Assembly: GCA_043228905.1 (NCBI GenBank)
Contig: JBHGNT010000001.1
Coordinates: 496,001 to 560,000, forward strand
Length of the DNA: 64,000 bases
Reading direction: 5' to 3'
Source of the DNA: Azolla caroliniana
Lineage: Eukaryota > Plantae > Polypodiophyta
Positions within the stretch are counted from its first letter, which is position 1. Each line of letters starts with the position of its first letter. Under the pieces are notes generated by a model. It had not been told where the DNA came from, ran no database searches, and saw nothing but the letters and a program-made list of their open reading frames with translations. Positions 12,718 through 27,510 of this stretch are shown piece by piece. Both the position numbers and the translations under genes were made by a program.

Positions 12718-14209
12718 CGTTGTCTGTTACGAAGTAAATCAACACGTGCGGCTGAGATCATTACATGGTTAGGTTTTTTGAAGTAAATTAACGTGTGCAT
12801 ATGTGTCTGTGAGTTCGTAATATGGTTTGGTTTTTTGAAGGATCATGTTTGGATGTGGTTTTTAAGATATTCTCTCTGTAGGAAAGAGCAGGAAGGGGCA
12901 CATGGCTTGGGAATGTGTGGAAGGTGTTACATGTGGCAAATGTGGGCAGAAGGGCCACCTCCAACGCAATTGCAAGCATGTGTCTTGCCACAAGTAATGC
13001 TAAAACATCCGTCCAAGATTTAAAAGAAAATTAGCCTTGATGCAAGCATGTGATTCAGATCTATACGTTTTAACTAGCTTTACTTCTTCATTGCACAATT
13101 ACAGTTAAAGCCTGTTCTGGTATCTATGGATATTTTGAATTTATCCCCTAAATCAACTTAACATGCATAGCATTCCACTTGATTTTGTTGCTTTGACACA
13201 TCATCATCATCTATGTAGATTTATTAGCATTGCAGTTTAAAGGTGGCTCACATAAGAGTCTGGTACATATGCTAGCATTTGAGTCATATTGTGTACTTTT
13301 TTGCAACTCATTACTAATTGTTTGTGAATCATGATATTCCAACATCATGAGTGTTTAGGAATGCTCCTTTTCCTGGAGATGGGTTTTGTAGAGTGGCTCT
13401 ATATTGTTAGCCATGTTTCTATTAAGGTGCCATACTAGTAGGCGCATATTTTTAATCACCGTCTATATGTACTGTGGTGTTTTACCTGCGGTAAAACATA
13501 ACAGAAAAGATGGCGTTTTGTTGATAAACTGCAAAATTGCATCTTGAATTTTTGTGCTAATAGTGTTGAGCCTTGAACCAGGTGTGGACGGAAAGGACAC
13601 ATTGCAAAGTTTTGTAATGATCCCTTTGCAAAGGTACTTGTTCAAATACAGTTTACAATACAACTTCTTACATTTAGTTGCCAAAATATCCATTTGAAGT
13701 CTTTTATTTAACCAATACACTATATCTTGAGATTCCTTACAGAGACTAATGAGTGTCTATACAGTTTCTGTTGATGTTGTCAGGCAGCGGAGGTAGAAAA
13801 AATTGAGAGTCAACAAGCTCTGCTTTCAGGAAGAGGATCAATACTCGATGTTCCTACTGGAGGTGGAAATCGAAGCTTTGCAACGAAAACCGTCACCACA
13901 CAGAAAGATATGCGTGGGCCCTGGGATGGCTTAGGTGTGAATACAAATGATATGGAAAAACATCTGGAATTTCATAATACTTCATGCTTCCAATCAGAAC
14001 ATGGTGAGAGCAGCAGTTCTAGTAGTATTCCACTGGTGAGTTCTCGGAAACGATTGGTATCGACATCTATTCAAAGTGTTGTTTCACAGCGTCTTAGGAT
14101 TAAGCCATGTGAGAAGTCACAGGCTGTTGAGAGTTTAAGTTGTGGGATTAAGATAACTAAGCCACATTGGAATGGTTTGGTAGATTATGGTAGTGAAGAT
14201 AGCAATTAG
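12390..14209 (+). CDS. Small multi-CCHC zinc-knuckle protein gene; exons 12390-12469, 12892-~12992, probable last exon 13784-14209, middle exons unresolved
   Basis: Spliced translation MGTCHRCGRSGHVARDCSLHTCFRCNG|KGHMAWECVEGVTCGKCGQKGHLQRNC gives three CX2CX4HX4C knuckles. An open exon after tgtcag at 13784 ends GLVDYGSEDSN*. Linkage of the two parts is inferred. Confidence 0.6.
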
Positions 14210-15088
14210 GATGATGTATCTCATTCTCTCCTGTAAATCAACTTGTTGAATTTGGAAATATGAGACCCTTCTCTAATTCTTTGTTACCAGTTTGTAGTTC
14301 GAGATTTTTGGGTCATTTTATTGTACCACCTGTTAATTCTTAGTATTCATCATTTTCATTTGGATGTTCTTTAAGCTGTAATACCATAGCAGCAGGGTGG
14401 AGTGAAAGCCTTCAACCTTTATAAGACTTTTGCCACCATTTGATTTGAGGATCTTGCACCTAGCCAGTATCAACTAACCTAATCAAACTAAGGACGATTT
14501 ATGCTGTGTAGTAAGCTAACCTTGATCAAAGTATCCAAAACTAAAATTGTGGTATTACGGCTTTCCATCAGATAATTAATAATTGATCTTGACTTACTTC
14601 AATCTGAGTGATTAAGGCATTCCATTTACTTACCTCTTACTGGTGCTAGAGTGGGTTTATTAACCACCCCGGTTCCATCCTATGTACACAATGAAATTAG
14701 TAGAAACTGTCCATGGCCTACTACACAAATAAAGTTCGAATGAAATTGCATCTAATAGCACTGCGTGGATGAGTTGGAATGAAACTGTTTTAAGTGTAAA
14801 TAGTTTTATTTTTTATGGAAAGCTAAAACACCACCAGAATTTGCTCTATGTTGATGCCAATATTAGACCTATTGATGATTAAATCGATAGTTTTGCTTGG
14901 ATAACAAGCAAAACTGAGTGGTTATATTTTTATGAAAATAGATGGACACAGGAATCTCATAGGAGTGGAGTCATTTTAATTTGGATAAAAAGTACAAAAA
15001 AATTTGTTATTAAATGTAGCAACAACGTTTCTTCATTTGCTGATACTTTTCCTTTTTAGCTTATGGAAGATTATGATGTTAATAAGCT

Positions 15089-18000
15089 TTAATTATACAC
15101 CATGTATTTGGGAGTTGCACTGAACTTCTGATAGCCTTTGATAACTTTGTTCACAGCCTCTAAGAAATCCTTCTCTGTTACGGTTTTCCTCCTAGCACGA
15201 ATTGCAAACATCCCAGCCTCAGTGCATACACTTCGGATATCTGCACCTGTGAAAAGAAGATATTCAGAGCTCCACAAACTTTGTAGGAGAATAAAAATAT
15301 CGAATTTTCCCTTTCAGTTTTTAACAATATCACTAAACAGAGCTTGTAAGAAATGTTGATTTTCTGCTTTAGGGCAAAGCAATCTAAATATAAATGTCCA
15401 CAAAAAAAAGAAAATTTTAATTCATACTTCATTGGATATGAACTGATTGCTACTAGCAAATAGAAGGCTAATCACATAGTTCAATGCAAATAATTAAATT
15501 GATAAAAATTGAGTACAAAAATCAGGCTGCTAACCACTTAATTTTAGGTTTAATCATTAAATAAATGCAATAATTAGGCAAAAATCACTTGTACATTCAA
15601 AGGTTAGTTAATTCGATAGGGATGGCTCCATATTAGAACAAAAGTTTGTGCACCTGTAGAGTTAGGGCAAAGTCGTGCGAGTAATTCAAATCGAATGTCT
15701 CTTTCACAGTTCATTGTTCGTGTGTGGATCTTGAAGATCTGTGTCCGGCTCTCAAGATCTGGGAGCCCAAATTCCACTTTTCGATCAAGTCGGCCAGGTC
15801 TTAATAGTGCTGGATCAAGTGTATCTGGTCTGAAACGGGCAAAATAGCAAAATGAGTAAAATAGCATCATAAATACCATCACAAATTCTGTACTGTATAT
15901 ATGATAATTTCTTCAAATATTTGGGGTATTCTGATGAATGCCAATTAAGTTTGGGTATTTTGTGTTTTTCCATTACTGAAATCCACTTGTAAATCTATAG
16001 CTAGCGGAATTTGACCTGTTTGTAGCCATAAGAACTTTGATGTTTCCCCGAGCATCAAATCCATCCAACTGATTCACAATCTCAAGCATTGTTCTTTGGA
16101 CTTCATTATCACCGCCCAAACCATCATCAAACCGTGCACCTCCAATAGCATCCACCTCATCAAAAAACACAATACATGCTTTTTTTGACCTGGCCATCTG
16201 TACAATAAAGAACAGTATAATGTCAGAATCCTCATCTGTAATCTCACTGTAGCTTATTAAGTGACGAGGATAGCCAAAACACCTGAAAAAGTTCTCTGAC
16301 CATTCGTGCACCTTCACCAACATACTTCTGTACAAGCTCACTACCAATAACACGAATGAAACATGCATCTGTACGATTTGCCACTGCCCGTGCCAAGAGT
16401 GTTTTCCCTGTTCCAGGAGGCCCATAACAGAGTACACCTTTTGGAGGGTCAATACCAAGCTTTACAAATTTCTCTGGATGCAGCATAGGTAGCTCCACAA
16501 CCTGATTCACTATCGCCATTGTAAACAGGGGGTAACAATGACTACAAGATTGCAATCTCCAAAGTCGAAGAACATACCTCTCTCATCTTCTCTATTTGTT
16601 CTTTGCAACCACCAACGTCATTGTAAGTAACATCTGGCTTCTCCTCCACAGTCATCATCGTCACACTTGGATCGATCTTGGGAGGTAAGGGTATCTGAAT
16701 TTGATACTTATTCCGGTCAACACTACGAGAATAAAATGCGGACTAAGTTAAGACTCCAAATCTCTAAAGCAAAACACTATGATGTAAATTTTGCATACAA
16801 AACCTAGTTCATCAGAGTGTGCAGCCGACAAACAGGGAACTCAATGACAACTACAGAAGTTTTGCACTAACAGCCAGACATTACGCAACAAAGATTTATA
16901 CCCTACATGTATACCATCTATAGGCAGACAAATAAATGCACCTATTCCACCATCATGTTTTAGAGTTCAGAAACAGGGGTCAGTACTCAATATTAACATG
17001 CACAGCCCAACCACAGTTTTGCAGTAGACCAAACAAATATATGACAGAAAGTGAGCCACAGAATCCATAGTATCTGTAGTGTGCATTAATTGTTCTAGTG
17101 GATGCAGGAGGCAGATAGGGAACACAATACCAACCCACAGAAGTTTTACACTAATAGTTAGTATTTTGAGTATCTAATATGTACAATAATGACTGCTAAT
17201 CTCACCACCCTCGTTTAGAGTTCAGAAAACACATCCAGTTCTCAAACCTAATGGCATGTTTGTGTAGTAGATGAGCGAACAAATAGATGCTAGACAATGA
17301 ACCACCAAATGCACAATATCTGTAGTGTATATTACCAGTAGCCTTCATCTCAAGATTACCTTTTGGGCGCACAAGATCTGTAATGTTGTGTATTACCTTT
17401 TGGGCAAAATATTAAAAAATTTTATGAGTGATTGCGACAATGTTCAGCCACCTACAGCCATCTTTCAAAGACTATAGGATCTATATTTAATTTTTCAGCT
17501 ACATGATATTGGATGCACAACTCTGTACTTCGTATACAATTATGCCTACACCAACATCCAAGTTATTCTGTTATATAAGCATACTAATCTCTAAGATTCT
17601 TGAGCTTATATGCACTAATTATGCCTACACTAACATCCAAGTTATTCTCTTATATAAGCATACCAATCTCTAAGATTCTTGAGCTTATATACACTAATTA
17701 TGCCTACCTAAATACTGGATAAAAACCTTAAATAATACCAGATTAATAGGTAACAAGAGTCAGTGTTGTGGCCTATAAGGAAATATACAAGTAACACTAA
17801 GTACTAGATGGAGCATTCTCCCAAACAGTAATTTCATATTAGGAACTGATCACTAAGCCACAATTGTTAAATGATTTTCTATTGGAGGATCATGATAGGT
17901 TATCGAATGTTCCTACCCAACTCTCATGCCTTCCTCAATGTCTGTTGGTGAAACCTTCTCGCCTAATCCGACAACAAACTACAAGCATACAGCAAATAAA

Positions 18001-20673
18001 CATCAGATATTTTACTACCCATTGTAGGATATAGGTGCAGGTATTAGAAAAATAATATAGACGTATCATACCTTCGCAATTTGCTTAACATTTATGACAT
18101 ATTTTGCATCATCTGTTCCAGGGTTTATAATTTTCGTACATCGGGCAACCTGCCATAAAAAAATGGCATGATTCTTTGACCATAATTAGTGACCTATTCA
18201 AAGCTTATAGAATTCTCCTTTCTAGCTATTTTCAAATATGCTGAAAATAAAAATTATCACATGAGGGTTCCTAGGAGCAATCCTGTTCGTATAATTAAGT
18301 TAAAATAATTGTTTCACACACCTTGCAATTGTTATAGACTATTCAGTCTTAACACAAACCTGCAAAGGCTGTTCTTCTTGCATCATTTGCTTATCAGAAA
18401 CAAGATCCCATTGACTTGGGGCAGCCAATCCTGTATCTGACTCCTTGATTCCTATAGAGAATGTAAATTAGTTTATGAACCATAAATATATTTTATGCCT
18501 GCACACAGTTAATGGGACTTCTAGGGACTTCGACCAAAGAAATGAATAATCTCTATTTTTAGGATAGAATAAGAGGAATGACAAAATATTTCGTACAAAG
18601 TACGAATTCTTTCGAACTTCGACATGTATTTAATCTCAGAAAATTGACATAGGAAAATGAACATGAATAAATAAACATATTTAGAAATAATGTGCCATAA
18701 ATCATTTATCACAATAAACCCATTTTGATATTGAAATATAAATTTAAACTCAGGGCTAATGAAAGTCATTTTAATGTAACGAAATCTGTATATCTCCTGG
18801 CTGACCTACTCTCCTTATTTCTATGCTCGATGTTGGAAGCTCTGCATGCAATTTTTGGTTGTTGAAATAGGCCTAGAATGCTGACTGTAATTTTAGGTTT
18901 TGGGGTCTATCTTCTTCTATTAGTAATCAATAAATAAATACCAAAAGGGACGCAAGTATTTGGGGCCAACATTGCATCAACTTCCAAACTCAGGAGCAAT
19001 CTGGCCTCCTTTTAAAACTGAATGAGAGTAAAATCCAAAGGATTTTCCATTGCTTAAAGAATACCTCTCCTGTTTTAAGCAATATTGGCGGTCCAATTGA
19101 TCACAGGCGTTTTACTACTCTCGGCAGTTCAGTAAACTCGTTTCATGGTTTCGTCAACAGAAGTTGATCATTTTTTGAGGTTTTCCTCCAAATTGAAGCA
19201 ACAATCAAAGCAGTGAGATGTTATGGAAGCTTTTCCCTCACTTAATCAAGAAATTTAACTAGTATCACATGTTTCTGGTGATGTTTCTGCAAAGATAGTG
19301 CGTGATCAAAACTATCAACAGAGGATAGGAAGATGAAACTATGTTTAAGCGGCAGCAGCAAAAAGGCAAGAGGTCAATAGAGAAAAACCAGATGTTGTCA
19401 CCCCTACTCAAACAAATAAGTTGCAAATGGTCATGTCCAACCCGATTGGAAAATTTGGCATGCAACCATGTTTTCAAAGGGCTTCGGGAAACATTGGAGA
19501 TCTTTAGAAGATTTTGGAATAATTGGTTTTTCTCAACCACCAGATGTGAGCAGCTCTAATATGGCTAAAACACCATATGATGGGAGATTGAAAATGACAA
19601 ACGGAAGAGCACCTATTTATGATCATCAATCGACACCTTTCCAGAAATCAAAGAATAATGAGAAAGGTGGGACAATATTGTATTATAATGTGATGCAAGA
19701 TAACCTGAAACTTAACATTTTAAAGACAAATGAGTTATCAAAGAACAAACCGACTTCATACTCCAAAATGTGAAGGAAATGATCAAACAAGGGTAATATT
19801 TATTGCTGTGTTGAAGTCACAATTATCCGTATTAATGGTTCGATTAGAAGCATGGGTCCATATTATGTAATAGAAATTAAGCAAAAGGAAATAATTTAAC
19901 ACAGAATTTGCAAAAGTAGAGCAGAGAAAACATATGACGATTTAACAGACGAACTAGTAAGACAATCATTTCCGTTAAAGACTTTGGCATAGAATGGAAG
20001 AAAAACAGCGAATGAAGCATCAACTTTCTTCGCCATTACTAGATTTAAAGCATAGGAATTTAACAATGAGAAAGTACTTAAGCATAGACTGGGAAAGGCC
20101 GTTGGCAGGAAGAACATGAACTCCCACACACAATATTCACCATTCTGTCACTATAACGAACTAGAAAACAGAGAATGAAATAATAATAAATTTAAATAAT
20201 CAAATGAAAGATGACTTACCACACAGATCATTCACTTTCTTCGCCATATCTTTGATCTCCTTCTCCGCTTTCTTGATGGAGTTGGCATAGGGGCCAAGGC
20301 CCTAAAGAAGAAGAAGAAGGTCTTAGAGAATGAATAGAGTCTAAAAATAAGCAAAAAATGAGAAAGATGGAAGAATATTTTTCTTGATCAGGAAAGACAA
20401 AAGAAAACGATGAGAGAAGAAGGAATATAAGTTTCTTCGTCAGGAAAAACAGAAAAAAATAAATAAAAGGATCGAGGGAGTAAGAAAAAATATGTTTCCT
20501 CTTCAGGAATGACGGAAGAAGACGATAGAAGGATGCGGTTCTTTGATCCAGGAAAGGCAGAAGTAGAAGGGTGAGTGAAGAGAACTTGCATAGGTCTTGA
20601 GAAGAGCGATGTCGTCTTCATCGAGAGGGGGAGGGTTCTTCTCCTTCAAATCTTTGTCGGGTTCAGGCACCAT
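15089..20673 (-). CDS. RPT1: 26S proteasome AAA-ATPase subunit RPT1 (regulatory subunit 7); exons 20673-20590, 20301-20220, 18451-18360, 18149-18072, 17978-17917, 16722-16578, 16501-16283, 16197-16016, 15829-15654, 15246-15089
   Basis: [28 protein letters not shown], Walker A GPPGTGKT, Walker [20 protein letters not shown]-terminus [10 protein letters not shown]. All exon phases are compatible; intron 1 has a GC donor. Confidence 0.97.
17538..17708. repeat. 79-bp tandem repeat (2 copies plus partial) in RPT1 intron 5
   Basis: aattatgcctac starts at 17538, 17617 and 17696. Confidence 0.85.
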
Positions 20674-20749
20674 GGCTTCTTCTCTTCCAAGGTACCGTCC
20701 TCGCAGAGCGAGCGGCAGAAGAAGCAGCAGAAGTTTAAACTCTCACTTC

Positions 20750-20788
<39 letters not shown>

Positions 20789-22706
20789 ACATAATCATAC
20801 ATTCATTCATGTCTGAAACAACAACTCCTCTTCTTCTCTATGTATGAATAATGAGCATATGTATGTACGTTACATATTATTGAATTGAATAGAATGAAGG
20901 AATGGAATGGAGAGGATATGTTAAAAGCAATCGAATGTTATGGAGAGAGATGGGGTTTTTTTGGCTTGGCATTGTGTGTGTGTGTGTGTGTGGCCAATGG
21001 ATGATATATGTACATACATTACTCTTGTCTTTGTGCCATCATAATCATTGGTATTCAGTCGAACAGAACATGCAAAACCTCATAGACATATGTAATAAAT
21101 AGATTCGTGGGTTTTGTTATGCTCACATGGAAAAAAAGGCTTGGCTTGTTGCCAACATAACGTTATTACATTTGTTCACAAAATAATCATGTGACGGGCG
21201 GTAGTTCTCAAGCCAACAAAAAGGGTGCATTTGTGGGGATGTGTAAGTGATTCTTTAGGTTTAATAATGATATTTAAAAACATGTTGTATTTTTTGAGAC
21301 CCCATACTTGGCAGCGTGAGTGATTTCTTGTGTGGGGCAATCTTATGTTAGCTTCGTAACTTGATTCTTGTATCGAGTGATCCTTATCTCGTTTATTGCT
21401 TACATGGTATCTTGATTACATATTGGGTACAACTATCCTTGTCTCGTTTATTGCTTAATTGGTATCTTGATTACTAGGTAGATGACAAATCTATCCTTGT
21501 CTAGTTTATTGCTTAAATGGGTACAACATAAAAGAAGAATAAACATGAGTTCAATTAAATTAAGTTGCTTGTATGAGTGAATTTTACAATTCAAACAACG
21601 AGTCTTAAGCTTCACAAAAAACATCTTCAAATTATTCAAACCTAAAATTAATATCCACGCACTTAATTTCTTGGTTATGTTGCATATATGTCAACTAACA
21701 CATGTAGGCACAATTCAACAACAATAATTTAGTGCACGTGTAGTACACGTATCTACAATTGTTGTATGTATACGGACAAACATTTATGCACTAGTTACTA
21801 CGTACACACGACATTTGATGGCTCAATAATCAAGAATAGCCAAGTTCTTTTAAATTGTTGTTTTAAATTTGAAAATAAGTTATGGAGACACATCCAACTA
21901 TTGTAAAAATGTTGTAACTCCTACCCATTCATCGAGATCTACGAATCCGAGAACTATCATTTCTCTTTATTCTTTCTCTAGATCCTATTAAGGAAAATAC
22001 ATTGTAACAAGAGTTTGATAGAAAGGTATATTAGACAAAAACAATTGTTGGGGTGTGAGAGCTCGGTCTTGAGGTGCAACCGATTTCTATAATTGTGGAA
22101 TTATCTTATTTCTCTCCAACTATGGGCATGTTAGATGAACTACGTTATATCCTCGTGTCCCTATTCCGTAATGTACAATTAGTTTTTCTCCTCATTGGTT
22201 TCAATTATTAAATTGATGAAGTATAGACAATATGCAATAGTTCTTGAGAAAAAATAATGATTGTTTAGTTTGTGACATACCTACCATCACAAATATATGA
22301 AGATAAAGATAATTACTAACGCACGGCATATACAATGTTGTGTGTATGTTTGGAGTTTTGAAGGCTTTATGAAATTGCTTTTGAAAATGTTACTAATAGC
22401 CATTGCATTTCTAAATTGTATCTTGAATTTATGAACCGTTATCTTATTATAAATCTAGCCAACAACTTCTAAAACTTATATTTTGCTATTAGGCTCCTAT
22501 CAACATTAATCTATAGTCCTCAAAACATGTTATTTTGTTGAATCTTAATTTTAACCAATCACTAATTACCTACCCAATCCGGTGAATAATCAACACCTCC
22601 CACCCACCATTCCAAAATGAATGATGTAAACATAGACAAGTTATCAATATACTATCTTGTTCATGATGATCTAATGTAAGGTCCTTTGCTCTAAGCGGAG
22701 CGACAA

Positions 22707-23169
22707 TGTTACGGGCATGACCATATAATATCCCGTGGTGAGAATTTACTGTAGTATTCGATACACGTGGATAAGTGTGAGGGTTAAATGAGAGTGTAAA
22801 GAATGGGATGATTACTTTTAATCCTCGGGATTGAGACAACCCATTAGCCCAAGTGTGAACATGGTTGGGGGCCTTGGGTATTGCTATAAATAAGAGGCCT
22901 AGCTACCCTCATTTCATCATCTTGTTGACTACGTTGAGACTCTGTCTTGTGGTGGGTCAACTCTTGTAGCGAGCGCGCCAGCACCAGGTACGACTCAACG
23001 CCACAACAGTGGTATGGGACGCCGATCGAGGCTCGAGTCCATCTCAATCCCTTCGCTCGGGGGTGGTCGGGTGGATCGGCACCCTTCTTTCTCTCTCTCC
23101 TTTCTAGATCTATCTATTCATCTATATTCTATCCTTATCTAATGCTTACATTAGTCTATGTCTCTAACA
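22707..23169 (+). mobile_element. Probable solo LTR
   Basis: Termini TGTTA...TAACA; flanks GACAA (22702-22706) and GACGA (23170-23174), a 5-bp TSD with one mismatch; internal CTATAAATA near 22884 and CT-rich 3' part. Confidence 0.7.
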
Positions 23170-24673
23170 GACGATAGTCTACGTTGTAGTACCAAATATG
23201 AGTAGTCCGAATAGGAACTTTCACATTGATAATGTAGACCACATTTGGCAAAATATTTTAGGAATAACAATACATAAATGTATGATGAGAAAATCACAAG
23301 TATCAAAATCATGATAGATTACAATTATTTATACAACTTGATTACATTTATTGGGCAATGGTTTATTGATTGCTCTTCCATTGATTGAATAGATTATTAA
23401 TTTATATAAATTTGGTTGTTTGTCAAGGCAAGAAGTGGGATGAGATAGAACATTTGAACGTGCTAGCTTTCATGAGCACGATTTTGCATATAGTGAACCA
23501 TGACATCGAGAAATTTGTTTTATGTGATTAATATTGAAAACTCTATTGTCATTCAAATGACTCTTAGGTCTTATGTAAACTATATTTCTCTCATATTTTG
23601 CGGACAATAGTGCACTATACATGATGTTATCACGTCATGCATTAGAACTTTAACTAGACAAAAACAAATCAAAATGGACCTAAATAACAACACTTAATAA
23701 CAAGAACAACACAACACCACTTCAAAAATACAATCGAGCATATGACTAGGAAAGAGATAATGCAATGGAAGAGGCATGTGACATGTGTTACGTTTGCATA
23801 CTTAGGCCCAAGCAACATCATCTCCTTTCATTTTCCAAGTGGATGGACAAATGAAAGTGTGCAATCCAGCAGCACTGATTCACATTACAACAGAAATTTA
23901 AGAAGAAGAGGATGCCGTGAAGAATGAATTGCTACCGCTACGCATGGATGGACTCTCTACCTCTCTTTGGAAGAAGAAGAAGAGAAGGAAAAGCTTAAAG
24001 GTCAAGGTAAGAAGAAGCAAGAAGCACCCAAAAAGAGAAGATTAAAAAAAGAGCACATAAAACGCAAAACACAAAACGCAAAAAGCAGGAAGTAAAAGCT
24101 GGAACCAAAATGGGCGGGAAAATCCGAATTCTTTATGACCGACAAAGCCTGTGGGCAGACCGGCAATGGCCGGTACCTTGCTCTCGCGTTCTCCTCTCCC
24201 TAATTTTTCTTCGTCTCCTCACCTTCTCGTCGTCCTCCTCCTTCTGTTTCTTCGCCATGGCAGCATATCTCTATCTCTTTATCTAATCCATTTCCCTTCT
24301 TCTTCTTCTTCTTCTTCTTCTTCTTCTCAACGGAATGTGTAGTTTCGATAGCGTTTTGCCATATTTGACTCAGAAAGTAAAGACGAAGAAGAAGAACACT
24401 CAGGTTTTTCTGATTCACTTTGACATGTGGTTCTTATAGCTCCATTGAAAGCTAAATCTATTTTTCTTCGACCAGATCTAGAGTTACACACGTCTTTATC
24501 TCTCCATCTCGCTGCATCGACAAGAATTTTCCATAGCGGAAAGCTTCCTGCTATTGCTCGTTTGCAGGAAAATCCTGCATATTCTAAAGACCATTTTTCA
24601 AATTAACCAAGTCATTTCTTCCTGTACCCAGAAATCTATGCATTTTTCCTTCTCGCGAGGCACATTCTTCATC

Positions 24674-27510
24674 ATGTTTGTGATCGTGAGTCGTCTTCTT
24701 CTTCTTCACGTACTCTTGTTTTGTCTCCTCCCTTTCTGCTCTGCGCAGGGAGCCACTCCGAGTTTTGCCATAGCCACGACCTGCAACTCGAGTGTTGGAA
24801 TCAGCTACAATCTTGTATCAATATCTAAATCTTTCCCTTACGAATTAAATCCTGATGAACAACCCTATGCTTTTAAGGCCAATCTAGAGATATTCAATGC
24901 AGGGGAAGAAGATCTAAAAGGATGGGAAGTTTTCATAGGCTATGTGAACAAAGAGATTCTTGTCTCTGCAGGGGGGGCTTTGCTCTCCGATGGATCAAGT
25001 TTCCCCGTGAATGCAAGTGAAGGTGTAACTCTTACTAGCTCAAATACTCTTAAAACAGGAATTGAGACCGCAAATGATCTCTCACAGATGGGAGTTGTAC
25101 TCGAGCTTAAAGGGACTGAGTTTGGAAAGAATGAGAGCTCTTTGCCAAACAATATAACACTCGTAGATCGTAATTTCCAGTGTAGCAAACCAATATTATC
25201 TGTCAAAGGTGCGTTATGTTATTCTTAAATCATCTTTAAAGTTTTTTGTTTTGTTTTCTCTGCTATGGTTTTAACGTAACGAAATTCTCTATTCTCTCTA
25301 ATATATCTTTGAAACATGTCTCTGCTATTTAAGGTACTGCATTGTTCTGTAGGAAAATGGCACAGATGAATTGAAGTTTTGTTAGATGAGTGTATTACTT
25401 GCGATTATTTCTTGGACTCAAATGTATTGCCTATGATTATTTATAAAGACGAGATATGCTTCTTGATCAGATATTTTCCACCTGATATATAACTTAGTGA
25501 TTATCTCCTTTGAAGAAGATTGTAATCAATTTAGGAAGTAAATATGTCTTTATATTTGTGCTTGTAATGAACAATTGAAGTGTGGGACCACCGTTATTTT
25601 GGCGTCCTCCTAATTTCGTGAACTCCATTTCATCCAGAATGTAATAGACAATTAGAAGTTTATGAGCATTGGATTTTATTGATTAATCTAGTGTTACTAG
25701 TTTAGATATAATACATATACATGTACATGCTTGAAAACACGCATGCTTGTAAGTGTATATGTATGCTTGAAAACACACAATACATACTAGTTTAGACCTA
25801 ATACATATATTACTTGCATGCATACAAACACGCAGTATGTAATAGACAATTGGAAGTTTATGAGCACTGGATTTTGGATTTAATCTTGTGTTGTTATATA
25901 ATACATATACAATACATGGTTGCAAACACACGCACACACATAAAATCATAAATCTATACTCAAATATATTCTAAAGTTTATGAGCATGCAAGTCTTGTGA
26001 CAACTTTTGATCTAGTACATGTACGTACATTCATGCATACATATATAAATCTAAAGACACGGATATATTCTTTATGATTTTCAATTTCTTTTTTTGTCAA
26101 ATGGCAGCTGGAAATATTCAAACATGTTGCATTAAAGTCAACTCAACCATCGTACTGGAGGACACCACGTACTTGCCACGATATACCGGTGATATAACAA
26201 TTTCGTATGATGTGCTGAGAGCTTCGACGAATCAGTACTCAGCTCAAGTAACTATATCGAATGACAATCCGACAGGCAGATTGGATTACTGGAATTTGCA
26301 GTGGACATGGCAGTATGGAGAAATCATCTATTCGATGAAGGGTGCTACAACAACATCCCAAGATCAGAACGCATGCATTTTTGGCGATGCTGGAAAGTAT
26401 TATGCTAATGTTGATTTCTCTCAGGTCACTTCTTGTCAATCAACTCCGACAATAATTGATCTTGATCAGTATAAAGCTAATGACTCCACTGTGGGTAGGA
26501 TTGACTATTGTTGTCGTAATGGAACCTTGTTGCCATCTATACAAGATGCCTCTAAGTCGAAGTCAGTATTTCAATTATTAGTTTTCAAGCTTCCTCCTGA
26601 GAGTGATAATAGCACACTCATATATCCTCCTGTAAACTGGAAGCTTAATGGTACTTTCAATGCAGACTATACTTGTGGACAGCCAAGATTGGTTGAACCT
26701 ACTGTAAATGCTGATTCTGGGACGGCTCAGAGGTCACTTTCATCTGTTTTAACATGGCAAGTTACTTGCAATGTGACCTCGAAGCCTTCCACCCCGGCAA
26801 AATGTTGTGTGTCATTCTCTTCTTATACGAATGCTTCAGTTATACCTTGCAAGGCATGTGCGTGTGGCTGTTCCTCTCTACCTTCTAAATGCAATGATTC
26901 TTCTGAAGCTTTATTTATTCCAGTTGAGCTCGCCACAGTACCTACTGCAAATCGTACTGCAAAGACTCTTGCTTGGTATCAACTCAATCGATGGAATGTT
27001 CCTGACATTCTACCTTGCCCAGATAATTGTGGTGTTAGTGTTAATTGGCATCTTGTATCTGATTATAGCAATGGTTGGAGTGCAAGAATGACCATTTTCA
27101 ACTGGAAAGGAATGCAATTTCAAGATTGGTCCGCAGCAGTTGAACTTGCACCGGTTGTTTATTCTGGGTTCCAACAAGCTTATAGCTTTAACTATTCTAA
27201 TCCAGGTAACAATACCGTTATTGTGTATGGTCTGTCAGGGCTTAATTACCTTAATGGCATATACGACAACTATCCTGGTATTCAGCAATCAGTCCTGTCA
27301 TTTACTTTAGAAGGTGTGACTGGCAATGTGACGTCCCAAAATTTCTATCCGACCAAAGTTTTCTTTGACGGCAATGAATGTGCTCTTCCAGGCATACTTC
27401 CTGCTAGCCATGCAGACAAAGTTTTACGAAGAGGATTTCATGTTTTTGTCATTTCTGTAGTACTTTTGCTTCACGGGCTTTTTGGAGTTTCGTTGAGATG
27501 GAGTTTTTAG
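24674..27510 (+). CDS. COBL: COBRA-like GPI-anchored protein, COBL7-type; exons 24674-25208 and 26108-27510
   Basis: Signal peptide, N-terminal extension, GDITISYDV, GRLDYWNLQWTW, CCRNGTLLP, CCVSFS Cys-rich domain, PCPDNCGVSVNWH, YPTKVFFDGNEC, hydrophobic C-terminal GPI signal. Phase-1 GT..AG intron. Start could be an upstream ATG (24638). Confidence 0.93.

Noticed and set aside
20575-20847. Poly-Asp/poly-Met ORFs
   Set aside because: Translations of a (GAT)n microsatellite upstream of RPT1.
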